64,000 nt of DNA from assembly GCF_963921235.1 (NCBI RefSeq), contig NC_086107.1:39618001-39682000 (forward strand), read 5' to 3'. This document shows positions 49,346 through 61,809 of the stretch, piece after piece. Source of the stretch: Mobula hypostoma (taxonomy: Eukaryota). The stretch's first letter is position 1. Every line of letters starts with the position of its first letter. Below the pieces are notes generated by a model. The model had not been told where the DNA came from. It searched no databases and saw only the letters and a program-made list of their open reading frames with translations. Both the position numbers and the translations under genes were made by a program.

Positions 49346-50701
49346 GGGGGGGGGGGGTGTCACACTCACTGATAACAACCTGGACATCTCAGTTCTCAGC
49401 TCTGCCACGATCTCCTTTACCACTCCTCAGCTGGGCTATCTATGGTCACTTCAACACAGGGGGCTACTATCAAGGACTGTAACTTACTATTGCAGCCCCT
49501 CCCGCGCCTCTGACACATTCCGCTCCTCTCGCACTTCTCTGATCAGCTCAACAAACGAGGGAGGGGGCGCGTCTTACAAGACAGTCAGAGACCCCAAGGT
49601 TCTGGCACTGGGCCCTTTAGCTATTTGTTTCATTCTTAACTGATCCACCTCAGCGGTTTGAATGGCCCCTCTGCGCTGCAAGCAATTTAGTTGCCTCTCT
49701 AGCCGAAAAATGTAGGCAGAAAACTTCTCCCCCTTCTCCTGACACATGTCCTGAAACCCCGTCATGAACTCCATTTGGCTTCCCGTCACACCAAACACCT
49801 TTTCTAGCTTTTGCATGTAGGCTGCAGAGGTGGCAAAGGGGTGCTGTGTCTTTATGGCTCTGACTATGTCAGTAGCCCGCCGGCTCAAAGTTTCAACCAA
49901 TCGCTGTCTTTTTACGTCATCAGAGCACTGCCACTCATCTAACAACTGAGAGGTCTTTTACTCCTCCTCCCCCTCGGGTGTGGGCTTTGCCCCAGAGAAC
50001 ATTCTCAGCTGTCAATAGGTAGGACCCTCTGCCTGGGCACTGGGCCATTTATTCGCCACGGAGGTAAGGGCTGATACCAACTCAGAAGTCCCACTCTTCA
50101 CGGGAGGACTCATTAGACATTCCAAATCAACCTGTCTTTGAAGTCTCCACCCCAGCTAGGGGGGACGCGGCTCGCTATTCAGCCAGGTCTCCTTCACTCT
50201 CCTCCTCCCGGAAAGTATGGACAGCCCACGGTCCCCCCTGTCCTGGGGCCCAGTAGTACCAGGCAGTTCCACTGCTGTTAAATCAGCTCTAGTCTGGACT
50301 AAAACAAAGTTTTTGCCTGCCAGTTTATCAAACCTTTGCCCCACAATCGTAACCGTTCCTATGACTGTAACAGTACTTAAAGCGAATTAGTAATTCATCA
50401 GGGATATGAATGTTTACGCCTCTCAACACGCACGCATTCGTTATCAGTAACCCCGTGGATTCGCACCACCGCTCCACCCCTGCAGCATCCATAACCACGT
50501 AACGTAATCACTTTACCGGACAATAGTTTAGCACAGACTTGAACACATAACCCACTGGATCAATGCTCAGGGCAATCACACAGCATCCAATGAAACCGAT
50601 CGCAGATGAGCCCCCACAATGAAACACTCTGGTTCCATCGGCTGCATAGGTCTAGGGAAGACAATCTCCAGCCCTGCGCGAGCCCACCCCAAACCCCCTG
50701 T

Positions 50702-53700
50702 TAGTCCGTGAGCCAGTAGGGTTGGTCAGTACCATCTGAGGGGAATAATCCTCGTAGTGACTTTTGGCAAGGTACACATCTCTAGAGTTGGAAAATATAT
50801 GATAGCATTGCACCAGTGGTAGCTTCTTTTTATAATGCATTTTATAAAATAAGCATTTCTGAAAAGTGGCCAATATAAAGTACAACATATATATTCAACC
50901 TTGTGGTATTTTGTCATCAGTGATCCCTTAACATTGAAATTTGTCACAATGATAGCTGAGTTCAAGCATTTTTCATCAAATATTGTTACAAAAATCTACA
51001 TCGAAAACGACGTCATTGGTGGCACTCGCAGTACAGTGCCCAGTTTCAGTAGAGTGAATCCTTTCATTTTTAGAAAAATATTTGCCTGTTGTTTATTTTG
51101 GAAAAGTCAATAAAAACCCTAGGACACATATAATCACATGGATTTGTAGAGATTTTATTCAGGAATTCAAATAAGTAATCACTTTTTGTATATATTCCAT
51201 ACTAACATCAGTACAACAGAAGATGTTATCCCACCCCCCAAAAGGTTAAAAAAACCTCATTTGGAGAGATTTCTGGAGTATCATCAATGTCATGATATTT
51301 TCCACATTGTTGTATCAAATCAAAACAATCTTAAGCTTTTGTCATAGCATATAGAATTACAGTACAATAATTCAAATGTGGGGTTCCACACGGCCATAAC
51401 CTAGGCCCCATTTGGTTGTAAAATGAATATATTTAATCAAAGACTGCTTTCCATACTTTGTTTTCCATACTTTCATGTCCTATTAATAATCATAATAACT
51501 TTCCAAGTCTTCCATGTCTTCCACATCTTCATCTGAACTTTCCACATTCTCTGAGGTGGATGCCTGGTTTTCACAGTCTGCCAGTCTACACATGTCAGTA
51601 CACCTGATGCCATTTGCAACACACATACATCTTGGGAGTGAACATTTTTTTGGACAGTTACAGGCCAGTAGATCCAGGACGACATCGGGTGCTGGCTGGC
51701 CTTCCATCCAGTGCACCACCAACTGTTCAGCTTCCTCTTATCTCTCTATCTTCCATCCTCTGCCAACAGGGCTTGGCACTTGTGGGTCCTTCTTCAAACA
51801 TCTTCTCTATATACCAGCCTGGTAGCTGGCTCGCTGTGCATGTTTTGTTAAATAGGCCTTGCATAGTGGGAGTTGATGACTTTCGATTGCACCTTTTTTT
51901 GGCACCGAAAAGGTGATACCTGAGCTCATTCACCTTGGTGGTTGATGCTTTTGGGGCATACAGGAGACATGTAAATGCCTCCAGTTTTTCCATCAGTTCT
52001 GGGGAGATGTCCCATTCCTGGCCCAACTCTAAGAATGTGTCCGGAGTTTCCCTGTTGCTAGTCAGAAGTTTTAGGGTACGTCTTCCCTTTGTCTGCAAAA
52101 GCGCTTACAGTGTCACATCCTGTATATGCGTGCTGTTACATACCCCGTAACTGGGTTGCCAAACCAGCAGAGATGGATCACTCAGTTGGATTCTGGATTA
52201 CTAGAACTAAGACAGTTTTATTACAGAAACAAGCAACACAGTACTCTAATAGTAAAGATACAAATGCAACAGTTTAGCAATGAATAAACACACATGTACA
52301 CAGATCTAGGATAAGCGGGTCAGTCAAGCTCTATAGTCGTCTAGGGGTAAATGACCAGTTTTTAAAGTGACGCAAAGTTCAGTTCAATTTAGTTTAGTTC
52401 AGTTCAGCTCACGGTAATTCCTGCCGTGGGAGAGGGAGAGAGAGAGAGTGCGGAATGAATATTCAAAACTCGGATTCCCAAACAGACCTTCAATATTGCT
52501 CACAAGCAGCTTTCGGGCGAGCCCTTTGTAGTGTCTTCTGAGGTCACCGACTGTGACCCCTCCTTCAGATGCGGTCGATCCTCTGCAGTGAACCCGGCAC
52601 TCAGGCAAGGGCGGACACACACCAGGTTCCCGCTGATCGTACCTTTCCACCCTGAGCGTCTAAAGCTTGATCCCGCAATCAGCCGTCCAAAAAGCTTCCC
52701 ACCGACTTGTGGGAGACGCACCGCTTCCAGGGTCTCGTTACCTCGGGGTGTCGTGTATGTCTGCCTTAGCGAACCTGTCCCTTTTTATCCCCCTGCTGGG
52801 GTATCGCCTGTCCATCACTTCAAACAGTTCAGGGTTCAAAGGGGGAGCCGTTCTCGACAGCTCTCTCTCCCGTCCCTTCATTACACATCTCCAGATCGCC
52901 TGTCCATCACTTCAAACAGTTCAGGGTTCAAAGGGGGAGCCGCCCCAGACAGCTCTCTCTCCTGTCCTTTCATTACACATCTCCAAATGCTGTTCCATTG
53001 TCTTCCTTATCTCTCTCTCTCCTGTAGACAGGTGGCAGACCAACTGCTGATCACACAGGACAGCTAACATCTATGTGTATTCTTGTCACACTTCCCCCCT
53101 TTAAGGATTTTTACGGGGGGGTAAAAATTACGAACATGAACACATTATTTGATACACACACAAATATACATCTTTATCAGCTATTTGGCTAATACAGCGA
53201 GTTTGAAATTGTCAACACCTTGACAGACAGTCAGCCATCACATTTTCTGTTCCTTTTATATGTGTTATTAATAATCCCTTAGACCAGGCTCCAACTTAGC
53301 AAACTTCATAGTGGCCAAAAACACTGATGAATTGCGATCAATGTAACCTCTCATTTGGTTTTGTCCCGGACCACAATAACAAGGGTCGTCCCATTCCGAC
53401 TTAGTTTTCTCTCGCAAGGGCTTAGTAGGAGGGGGAGGGGTAGTGACCACAGAGTTATTGCAAAACTTCCTACAGTACCCCACCATCTCCAAGAGCCTTC
53501 TGAGGGCCCTCTTGTCTGTCGGGGTTGGGAGGTCAGCGATAGCCTGCACTGTAGCTTGCATCGCTGCCAGCTGCCCCTGTGTCACCACAATTCCCAGGTA
53601 AGTGACCTTCGTGTGGCCGAATTCATTTTTTTCAAGGTTCACTATCAAGCTGGCTTCAGACAGCCGTATTAAATTGCCAATACACACCTCTGTGTTTGTC

Positions 53701-56700
53701 AGCCCTTTAGTCACTGAATTATTCATTCTATATGATTGTTGCTTGCTAGGCTGACCTATTGAAACAGACACCACCCAACGTCCCAGTTCTTTGCATCGCC
53801 TCGGGACAATCAAACACACGGGTGCGAGTCGTTTAATTACTTCTCCTAAAGAATCGCTTTGTTCGGGGATTAAGGGAGAGACCTTATCAGCAGACCTGGC
53901 CAAAGCAATAGCCTTCTCCCATCTGATCGATACCGTACTTATCTTTTCAAAATGTTTCTTTTCTCTTATCAGGGGGCCCCTAGCTTCATTGATTTCTGCG
54001 CTAACCCCGACTAGGTTTGTTAGCATATCAAAAGCCTGTGACCGTCCCAGTTTGCGTCGGCCATAATCAATAGCATCCTTCCCCCTGGGCAGCCGGTAAA
54101 TCTCTTTCGTAATTCCACCAACTGTTTCCTCCAGCACCGCAAAATGTCCACCGGGGGGTACCTTGTGGGCCAGGTTAAAAACCTCATCCCCATAACTCTT
54201 TTGCACCAGCCCCCATTCCTCATCTGCGGGTACGGTACTTGGTTTCCCTTTCTTCCTTAGCGCTTCCTCCTCCACACAATAGCCTACTAGTTCCCTTGTT
54301 AAGTCTGTGTCAGAGAGAGCTGTCTCTGCCAAAACCATCAGCCCCTCGTCTCGCTCCCGCGCCTGCACAAATTCTTTCCTGGCTAATGCTACGTCTGTCC
54401 CAGCTCCCTCACTACCTCTTGTTTCCCTACACTCCTTCTTTTCATTTTCTACCCCCGTCTCGTACAAGACTGGTAGAAACGTCTCAGCTAAATTCACTAC
54501 CGCGGTCCCGTGATGAACCTATGAGTCCATGGGTGGGGCCTCAGTGCTGGCAGGCTGACCTGTCAATCTCACGACTGGGAACACGATTCCACCGGCGACG
54601 TCATTACCGAGCAAGACTTCCACGCCTTTCATCGGTAATTCGGATCTCACCCCGATCGTGACTAGTCCAGAGACCAGGTTGCTTTGTAAGTGTATCTGGT
54701 GCAAAGGGACTGACTCTGTCCCTTCCCCAACACCTTTGACCTCTACCTCCCCAGTCTGGGTCTCTGAGCTAAACTCTAATACACTCTTCAGTATTAGTGA
54801 CTGACATGCTCCCGTGTTTCTCCAGATCCGCACTGGAACTGGTTTTAACCCCTCCTTCACTGACACCAATCCGGCCGAGATAAACTTCTCGCGCCCTTCC
54901 TGAACTTTGGCAGACCTGTTCTTCCCTAGCGGTTCATGTACCAGCTCGATATAGCCAGTCAAAATTGCCGTTTTTCCTTTTCCCGTCTCCTTCTTTGGGG
55001 CAAAGCACCTGGACGCAAAGTGTCCGACTTTCCTGCAATTATAACAGACAACCCCAGGAGAGTTCCTGCCAGACTGCTCCCGGTCTACCTTATCCTTCTC
55101 ACTAGTCCCTGGCTTACTTTCTGACTTTTCCGGCCGACTCTCCCCGCCATCCTGACTACCCTTCTGGTACCCTTTACTCGGGCAAACTTCATTTTATGCG
55201 TCAACGCATACTCATCCGCTAACTTAGCAGTTGCGGCTAACGTGGCTGCCTCTTTCTCATCTAGGTAGGGTCTCATACCCTCAGGGACACAACCTTTAAA
55301 CTGCTCAATCAGGATCAGCTGTAGCAGTCCATCATAATTCCCATCTACCCCCTTCGAGGCGCACCAACGCTCACAATATGTCTGCATCTCACGGGCAAAC
55401 TCTAAATATGTACGGTCCCACTGCTTCCTCGCATTCCGGAACCTCTGCCGGTATGCCTCCAGGACCAACTCATAAATCCTGAGGATGGCCTCTCTCACCA
55501 CCTCATACCTCTGGGCATCTTCCACGGACGAAGCTGAGTAAGCTTCTTGGGCTTTCCCTTTCAGTACACTCTGAAGTAAAACAGCCCACTTATCCTTCGG
55601 CTAGTCCTGTCTTGTGGCAACTTTTTCGAAGTGGAGAAAGTACCGATCCACATCGGTATCGTCAAATGGGGGAACCAGTCTAACCTCCTGGGTCGCCCGG
55701 AAACCTCCACCTTGGTTCCGCATGGGCCCCGGCGCTGCCATCATCTTTAACTTCTCCAGCTCAAATTCCCTTTCTCTCTGCCTCTCTCTCTCTTCTCGCT
55801 CCCACTGTCTCTCTCTCTCTTTCTCTTCCCGCTCCAACTGTCTCTCTCTCTCTCTCTCTCCTGCCTTTCTAACTCTCTCTCCTGCCTTTCTAACTCTTTC
55901 TCCTGCTGCCTCTCTTTCTCTTCCCGCTCCAACTGTTGCACCCAGAACTCGTGCTCGAGTCTCAGTTTTTCAAGCTGTACCTGTACCGCGTCTCCAGCAG
56001 GTTTTTCAATAGACACCACCTCCAGCTCGCCTTGGGGAAACACACCTTTAGATACATAGTGCTCTACGATAGCTCTGTGTATCTCCTCTCTCCTCATTGT
56101 CGACTTCCCCTTAGCAAGATTCAACCGTTTGGCCGCAGCTACCAATTCTGATTTCCTGGCATCCTCTAATGCCTCCAAGGTCGGCGCCTTTATAAATTCC
56201 TCAGCCACCATTTCTGCTGTTTGTCTTTTCTTTCTTTCAGGAATTTTGACCCAATCAATTAACTCTGTCCCAAATTTAGCGTTCAAAATCGCGGACGAGA
56301 ACTCCACTTACGTTACGTACCCTGTAACTGGGTTGCCAAACCAGCAGAAATGGATCACTCAGTTGGAGTCTGGATTACTAGAACTAAGACAGTTTTATTA
56401 CAGAAACAAGCAACACAGTACTCTAATAGTAAAGATACAAATGCAACAGGTTAGCAATGAATAAACACTCATGTACACAGATCTAGGATAAACGGGTCAA
56501 TCAAGCTCTATAGTCGTCTAGGGGTAAATGACCAGTTTTTAAAGTGACGCAAAGTTCAGTTCAATTTAGTTCAGTTCAGCTCACGGTAATTCCTGCCGTG
56601 GGAGATGGAGAGAGAGAGAGTGCGAAATGAATATTCAAAACTCGGATTCCCAAACAGACCTTCAATATTGCTCACAAGCAGCTTTCGGGCGAGCCCTTTG

Positions 56701-57683
56701 TAGTGTCTTCTGAGGTCACCGACTGTGACCCCTCTTTCAGATGCAGTCGATCCTCTGCAGTGAACCCGGCACCCAGGCAAGGGCGGACACACACCAGGTT
56801 CCCGCTGATCGTACCTTTCCACCCTGAGCGTCTAAGGCTTGATCCCGCCATCAGCCGTCCAAAAAGCTTCCCACCGACTTGTGAGAGGCGCACCGCTTCC
56901 AGGGTCTCGTTACCTCGGGTGTCGTGTGTCTGCCTTAGCAAACCTGCCCCTTTTTATCCCCCTGCTGGGGTATCGCCTGTCCATCACTTCAAACAGATCA
57001 GGGTTCAAAGGGGGAGCCGCTCTAGACAGCTTTCTCTCCCGTCCCTTCATTACACATCTCCAAATGCTGTTCCATTGTCTTCCTTATCTCTCTCTCTCCT
57101 GTAGACAGGTGGCAGACCAACTGCTGATCACACAGGACAGCTAACATCTATGTGTATTCTTGTCACAGTGCAACCCAACGAGAGCCCTACAAACCTCTAT
57201 GCCAACAGTGGCAGCAACCTTCCTGATGTCTACAAGCCTTGTACGGGTTCTAGTGCCACACTTCTGGAACAATGGGACCTCAATCTTGTCACAAAATGCT
57301 AAAGACATGATAAAGATATCTGTGTCTTCTGAGTAGATCACTATAGATTGGTATCCCTCTCGTATGGCATGGGCAGCATGGAGAAGTAGGCGGCCATCTG
57401 CTTCTTGTTGACGCTGAAGAGCTGACACCTCCTCACTGTCTTGAGATGTGATTCTGTAACATTTGTCGTTCACAGTTGCATACAGAACCTTCTCCTGTAG
57501 CTTTGCTCTGTACTCCACCTTCCTCCACTCATGGACTATGAAGCTAATGAGAGCTGCCACTGCTGCAATGCTCTCACATATTTTCTGGCACTAGGGGTCT
57601 GTGCCTTGCCAAAAGTCAGTATAAGAATTATTCCCCCAAGATGGTACCGGTGGCCCAAATTTGGGGTCCTGGCTCACGGACTG
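50702..57683 (-). mobile_element. Internally deleted Academ (XPG-type) DNA transposon in the Gypsy 5' LTR
   Basis: Termini TAGTCCGTGAGCCAG…CTGGCTCACGGACTG, 3-bp TSD TGT (50699-50701, 57684-57686), plus a ~100-bp imperfect subterminal IR. XPG/PIN-like 'EADGRLLLHA…SEDTDI…GLH|AYTGCDTVSAF' and Cys-rich 'CNCPKKCSLPRCMCVANGIRCTDMCRLADC'. Confidence 0.85.
52134..57167 (-). mobile_element. Gmr1-type Gypsy with SCAN-like gag and internally deleted pol
   Basis: LTRs 52134-53090 and 56311-57167; exact 4-bp TSD GTGC (52130-52133, 57168-57171); PPT from 53091; PBS ~56281-56306. Gag 'LLQLILIEQFKGCVPEGMRPYLDEKE', knuckle 'CYNCRKVGHFASRC', protease 'WRNTGACQSLI'. The IN remnant precedes the RT remnant. Confidence 0.92.
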
Positions 57684-58275
57684 TGTTTGTGTGGATGCTG
57701 AGTAATTCGTTACCCTGTTACAAATGAGTGCCATGAAATAACAGACAGCACACCACATACAATTCAAAGATTTAGCTTTATAATTCTTAATTTGACTAAA
57801 GGGTTAGTAAAGAAAGAACAAAAAAAGGGCCTATTTTACTGAAACAGTCTAACGTGCACAACTTGGAGCTCACTGATCCTCCATCGATCTCACCCCGGGT
57901 TTTGTCGAATCACGGCCCCACTCCGAGTCTAGTCCTACAACCTCTTCTCTTCGGCATCTTCTCTCTTCATCTCCCTCTCACACAAAACCCCAAGCCCAAC
58001 CTTAGCGTCCCTCACCACAGAAACCTCCCCTTAATTTGACCATCCTAATTGGATGGCTCACAATTCTCCTATCTCTTATCTTCAACAGTAACCCAAACAT
58101 AAGCTGAAAACAAGCAGCTCGCACAAAACAGCAGAAAATGAAATACAGAACAGCACAGCAGTAAAAAATCTGAACCAGGGCATTACATCCAATAATGCAA
58201 TAGTAATTGTAACTCTTCTCCCTCCCCCCAGCTATTAAGAAGAGTCACTTACTCAATTCAGTATTTTGCCTTTAG

Positions 58276-58525
58276 GGAGAAAATGGTTGGCCGTCTACAG
58301 AACGATTTTAGACAGATAGAAGAGAGAGAGCAGAAGTTGGAGAAAATGGAGAGAGCAAAGCAGTATTTGCAGCAACAGACTCAAGCCAGGATCCAGTCTA
58401 TTGCTTCCGAGGACAAGGAGAGAGAAGCCCGCAGGTTGGCACACCTTCAGCAGGTGACTGCAAGGAAGGACATGATGGAGGCCGAGAAAATGAAAGCAGA
58501 TGAAATAAAAGAAATCCAGCTGCAG
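58276..58525 (+). CDS. C11orf16: C11orf16-like gene, exon 9 (coiled coil)
   Basis: Acceptor TTTTGCCTTTAG|, phase 2; 'EKMVGRLQNDFRQIEEREQKLEKMERAKQYLQQQ…EIKEIQLQ'. Donor CAG|GTATTA, phase 0. Confidence 0.82.
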
Positions 58526-58924
58526 GTATTATAAACAGGAATCTTCCTTACAAAAGCATGGGTAAATAATTGTACTGCATTCTGTAGATGGTCCACACTG
58601 GAATCTCTGTGCAGTGGTGGTGGAGAGACTGCTTTGCCCTGGATGATGTTGAGCTTCTAGACATCTGTTACAGCTGTACTCATCTGTCTAGTGCAGTTCA
58701 TTATACTCCTGATGGTGGAAAGGATTCAGAGTATCGAGGAGAGCCACTAACCACACAATACCCAACCTCTAACCTGCACCCTGGAAACAGCATTTATGTG
58801 ACTGGTCCTATTGAGTGTTTAGTCATTGCTGATGGTGGCGGACAGATAGTGTTGCCATTGAATGTCAAGGAATAGTGATTAGACCCTCTCTCTTTAAAGA
58901 TGGTTATCGTGTAGTACTTTTAGA

Positions 58925-61010
58925 GTATAGAACATAGACCAGCACAGTGCAGGCCTTTCCTACAGGTCCATGATGTTCGGCCGACCTGAGAGATGTACTC
59001 CATGATCAGTCTAACCCTTCCCCCTAATACAGGTCATAATCCTCCATTTTTCTTACATCCATGTGTGTACCTGGGGGTCTCCTACATGTCCTTATTCTAT
59101 CAGCTTGTACCACCCCCACGCTGGCAGTATGTTCCAGGCATCCATCACTCTCTGTGTATATAAACAAAATCTTCCTCTGACATACTGTACCCCGTACACT
59201 TTCCCTCAGTCACTTTAAACGCATGTCCTCTGATATTGACTGTTGCTTCCCTGGGGGAAAAGGCACTGACTGTTCACTCTATGTTTCTCATTTTAATACA
59301 TCTTTATCAAGTCACCTCTCATCCTCCAACCTTCCAAAGAGAAAAGCCCCAGCTTGTTCAATCTCTCATCATAAGACGTGTCTTCTAATGCAGGCAGCAT
59401 TTTAATAAATGTCCTCTGAACCCCCTCTGTAAGTTTCCACAGCCTTCCTATAATGAGGCAACCAGACCTGAACACAGTGCTCCAAGTGTGGTCTAACCAG
59501 ATTTTTATAGAGCTACAACATAAACTTGTGGCTCTTGAACTCAATCCCCAGACTAATGAAAACTGGCAAACTCTATGCCTTCTAACCACCATATCAACTT
59601 GCATGGCATCTTTGAGGTATCTGTGGATTTGGACACCAAGATGCCTCAGTTCCTCCTCACTGCTGAGAATCCTGCCAAGTGACCTTGTATTCTTCATTAT
59701 AGTTCAATCTTCCTGAATGTATCTCCTCACAGTTTTCTGGATTGAACTCCATCTGCCCAACTCTGCTGTAATCTACGGCAACCATCTACATTATCCATAA
59801 CACCTACAAGTTTTGTCATCTGCAAACTCACTAACCCACCCCTCCACTTCCTCATCCAAGTCATTTATAAAAATCACAAAGGGATCCCTGCAGAACATCA
59901 CTAGTTGCCAACTTCCAGACAGAATACTGTCTGTCTAACACTACACTCTGCCTTCTGTGGGCAAAGCAATTCTGCAAACCCACACACCAAGTCCCCATTA
60001 ATCACATGCCTCATGACTTTCTGGATTTACCTACAATAGGGAACCTTTACAAATGCCTTACTAAAATCCATATACACCATATCCACTGCTCTACCTTCAT
60101 CAAGTTGTTTTGCCACCTCCTCGAGAAACTCAATTAGGCTCGTGAGACACAGGCCTGCCCTTCATAAAGCCACATTATCCCTAATAAGATTATGCTTCTC
60201 CAAATGCTCTTAAATTCTGTCCTTAAAACCCTCTCCAATATTTTCGCACTATTGATGAAAGACTTAGTGATCTATAATTCTCAGGATTATCCCTATTTCC
60301 TTTCCTAAACAACAGAACAACACTTGCCCTTCTCCAGTCCTCTGGCTCCACTTCTGTGGCCAGGGATCATTGTCAGCTTCCCAGCAATCTCTTCATCACT
60401 TTCTAAAGTAGCCTAGGGTATATCTCATCTGACCCTGGAAATGTATCTATCCTAATGCTTTTCGGTAGCTCTAACACTGCCTCTTTCTTAACCCCTACAT
60501 GCTCCAGTACATTGGCGGACATCATATCCATCTAGGTCCTTCTCCCTCCTTAGTGAATAAAGTACTCATTAAGGACTTGCACTACTTCCACCGCCTCTAG
60601 GCACCTTTCCCTCTTTATCACTGACTCTGGTCATCCTCCTGTTCTTCGTGTATGTGTAGGATACATTGGAGCTTTCCTTAATCCTACACACCCAGGCCTT
60701 CTCATGTCCCCTTCTAGTTCTCCTAAGTCCCCTCTTCAGCTTCTTCTCAGCTACTTTGTAATTTTGAAGAGCCCTGCCAATTGCTGCTTCTTAAACATTA
60801 AGTATGCTTCCTTCTTCCTCTTGTCTAAATGTTCCACCTCTCTTGTCAGCCATGGTTCCTTCACCCTAACACCCTTTCCCTATCTCAGTGGCACAGACCT
60901 ATCCAGAAACTCATGCAAGTAACCCTTAAACAGCCTCCATATTTCTGCAGTGCATTTCCCTGAGAAGTCTTGATCCCAATTTATGCTCCCAAGTTCCTGC
61001 CCTATACCAT
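58925..61010 (-). mobile_element. Decayed CR1 LINE (3' part)
   Basis: 59293..59697 'EGVQRTFIKMLPALEDTSYDERLNKLGLFSLE…RGDLIKMY'; tail near 58925. Confidence 0.85.
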
Positions 61011-61809
61011 CGCAATTGTCCTGTTGAAAATGTGGCAAAACAAAGGTTAAAATGATGTGCTGACAGAGACAGTGTGCAGATATTTAGTTGTGCAAGCTGA
61101 ATGTGGTCCTTGAGAACCAAACTCCCCTTTGTATGGACCCTGTTCAACCCTGGATCCCAAGATCACCAGGCATACTAAGACAAGGATATAAACAAAGGAT
61201 TTTAAGACACACTAGCTATTGGACAGTTATTTTACTAAATCTCAAGTACTATTGGCCTTTAATCGCATAGATTGTATGAGCTTCCCTGAAATAACACCTG
61301 AAATGTCATATGATTGGTATTTATTGGTTAACTTCATTCAACTGCACTTGCCCCATCACTGATGGTTCCCATGACCTATGGAATCACTTTCAAGAACTCT
61401 TTATTTCATTTTCTTGATATTTATTGCTTTATTATTATTTTTTTGCACAGTTTTTTTGTCTTTTGCACATTGTTGCAGTATTTCATTTATTTTATTCTGG
61501 TTCTTGGATTTACTGAGTATGCCCACAAGAAAATGAATTTCGGGGTGGTATATGGTGATATATATGTACTTTGATAATACATTTACTTTGAACTTTAAAC
61601 TAAATATGCAAATAATTGGATTCAGATATGCACAAAGTTTCTTTTGGATCAGTATCTGTATCAAAATTGGCAAATTTGAGCTGTAACCTCAGAGCAGTTT
61701 GGTGACAGGGGCTGAACTGTTTTTCTTGTGCAGAAATACATAAAATATGATTGAACGAGTGTGAGTTGTCACTTCAATTAATTAGAAATGACAAGACATC
61801 CCCCAGTAA

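Larger units (their letters stand above)
42721..58187 (-). mobile_element. Gypsy LTR retrotransposon with PNMA-like gag (decayed; hosts nested insertions)
   Basis: 3' LTR 42721-43311 with PPT (AGGGGAGAA on minus, 43312-43320). 5' LTR split into 50620-50701 and 57684-58187. tRNA-Pro-like PBS at 50603-50616. Gag 'MLDEWQCSDDVKRQRLVETL…QEKGEKFSAYIFRLE'; RT (YLDD degraded to YLVD); RNase H 'EFLALKWAV…TDNNPL'; IN H2C2 and 'IHSDQGRDF…YHPQGD'. Confidence 0.92.

Noticed and set aside
50727-57649. CAGTACC…GGTACCG as transposon ends with a 2-bp TSD (CACTA-like)
   Set aside because: These are inner repeats. The true ends lie further out (50702, 57683) with a 3-bp TSD, and they restore the host LTR on excision.
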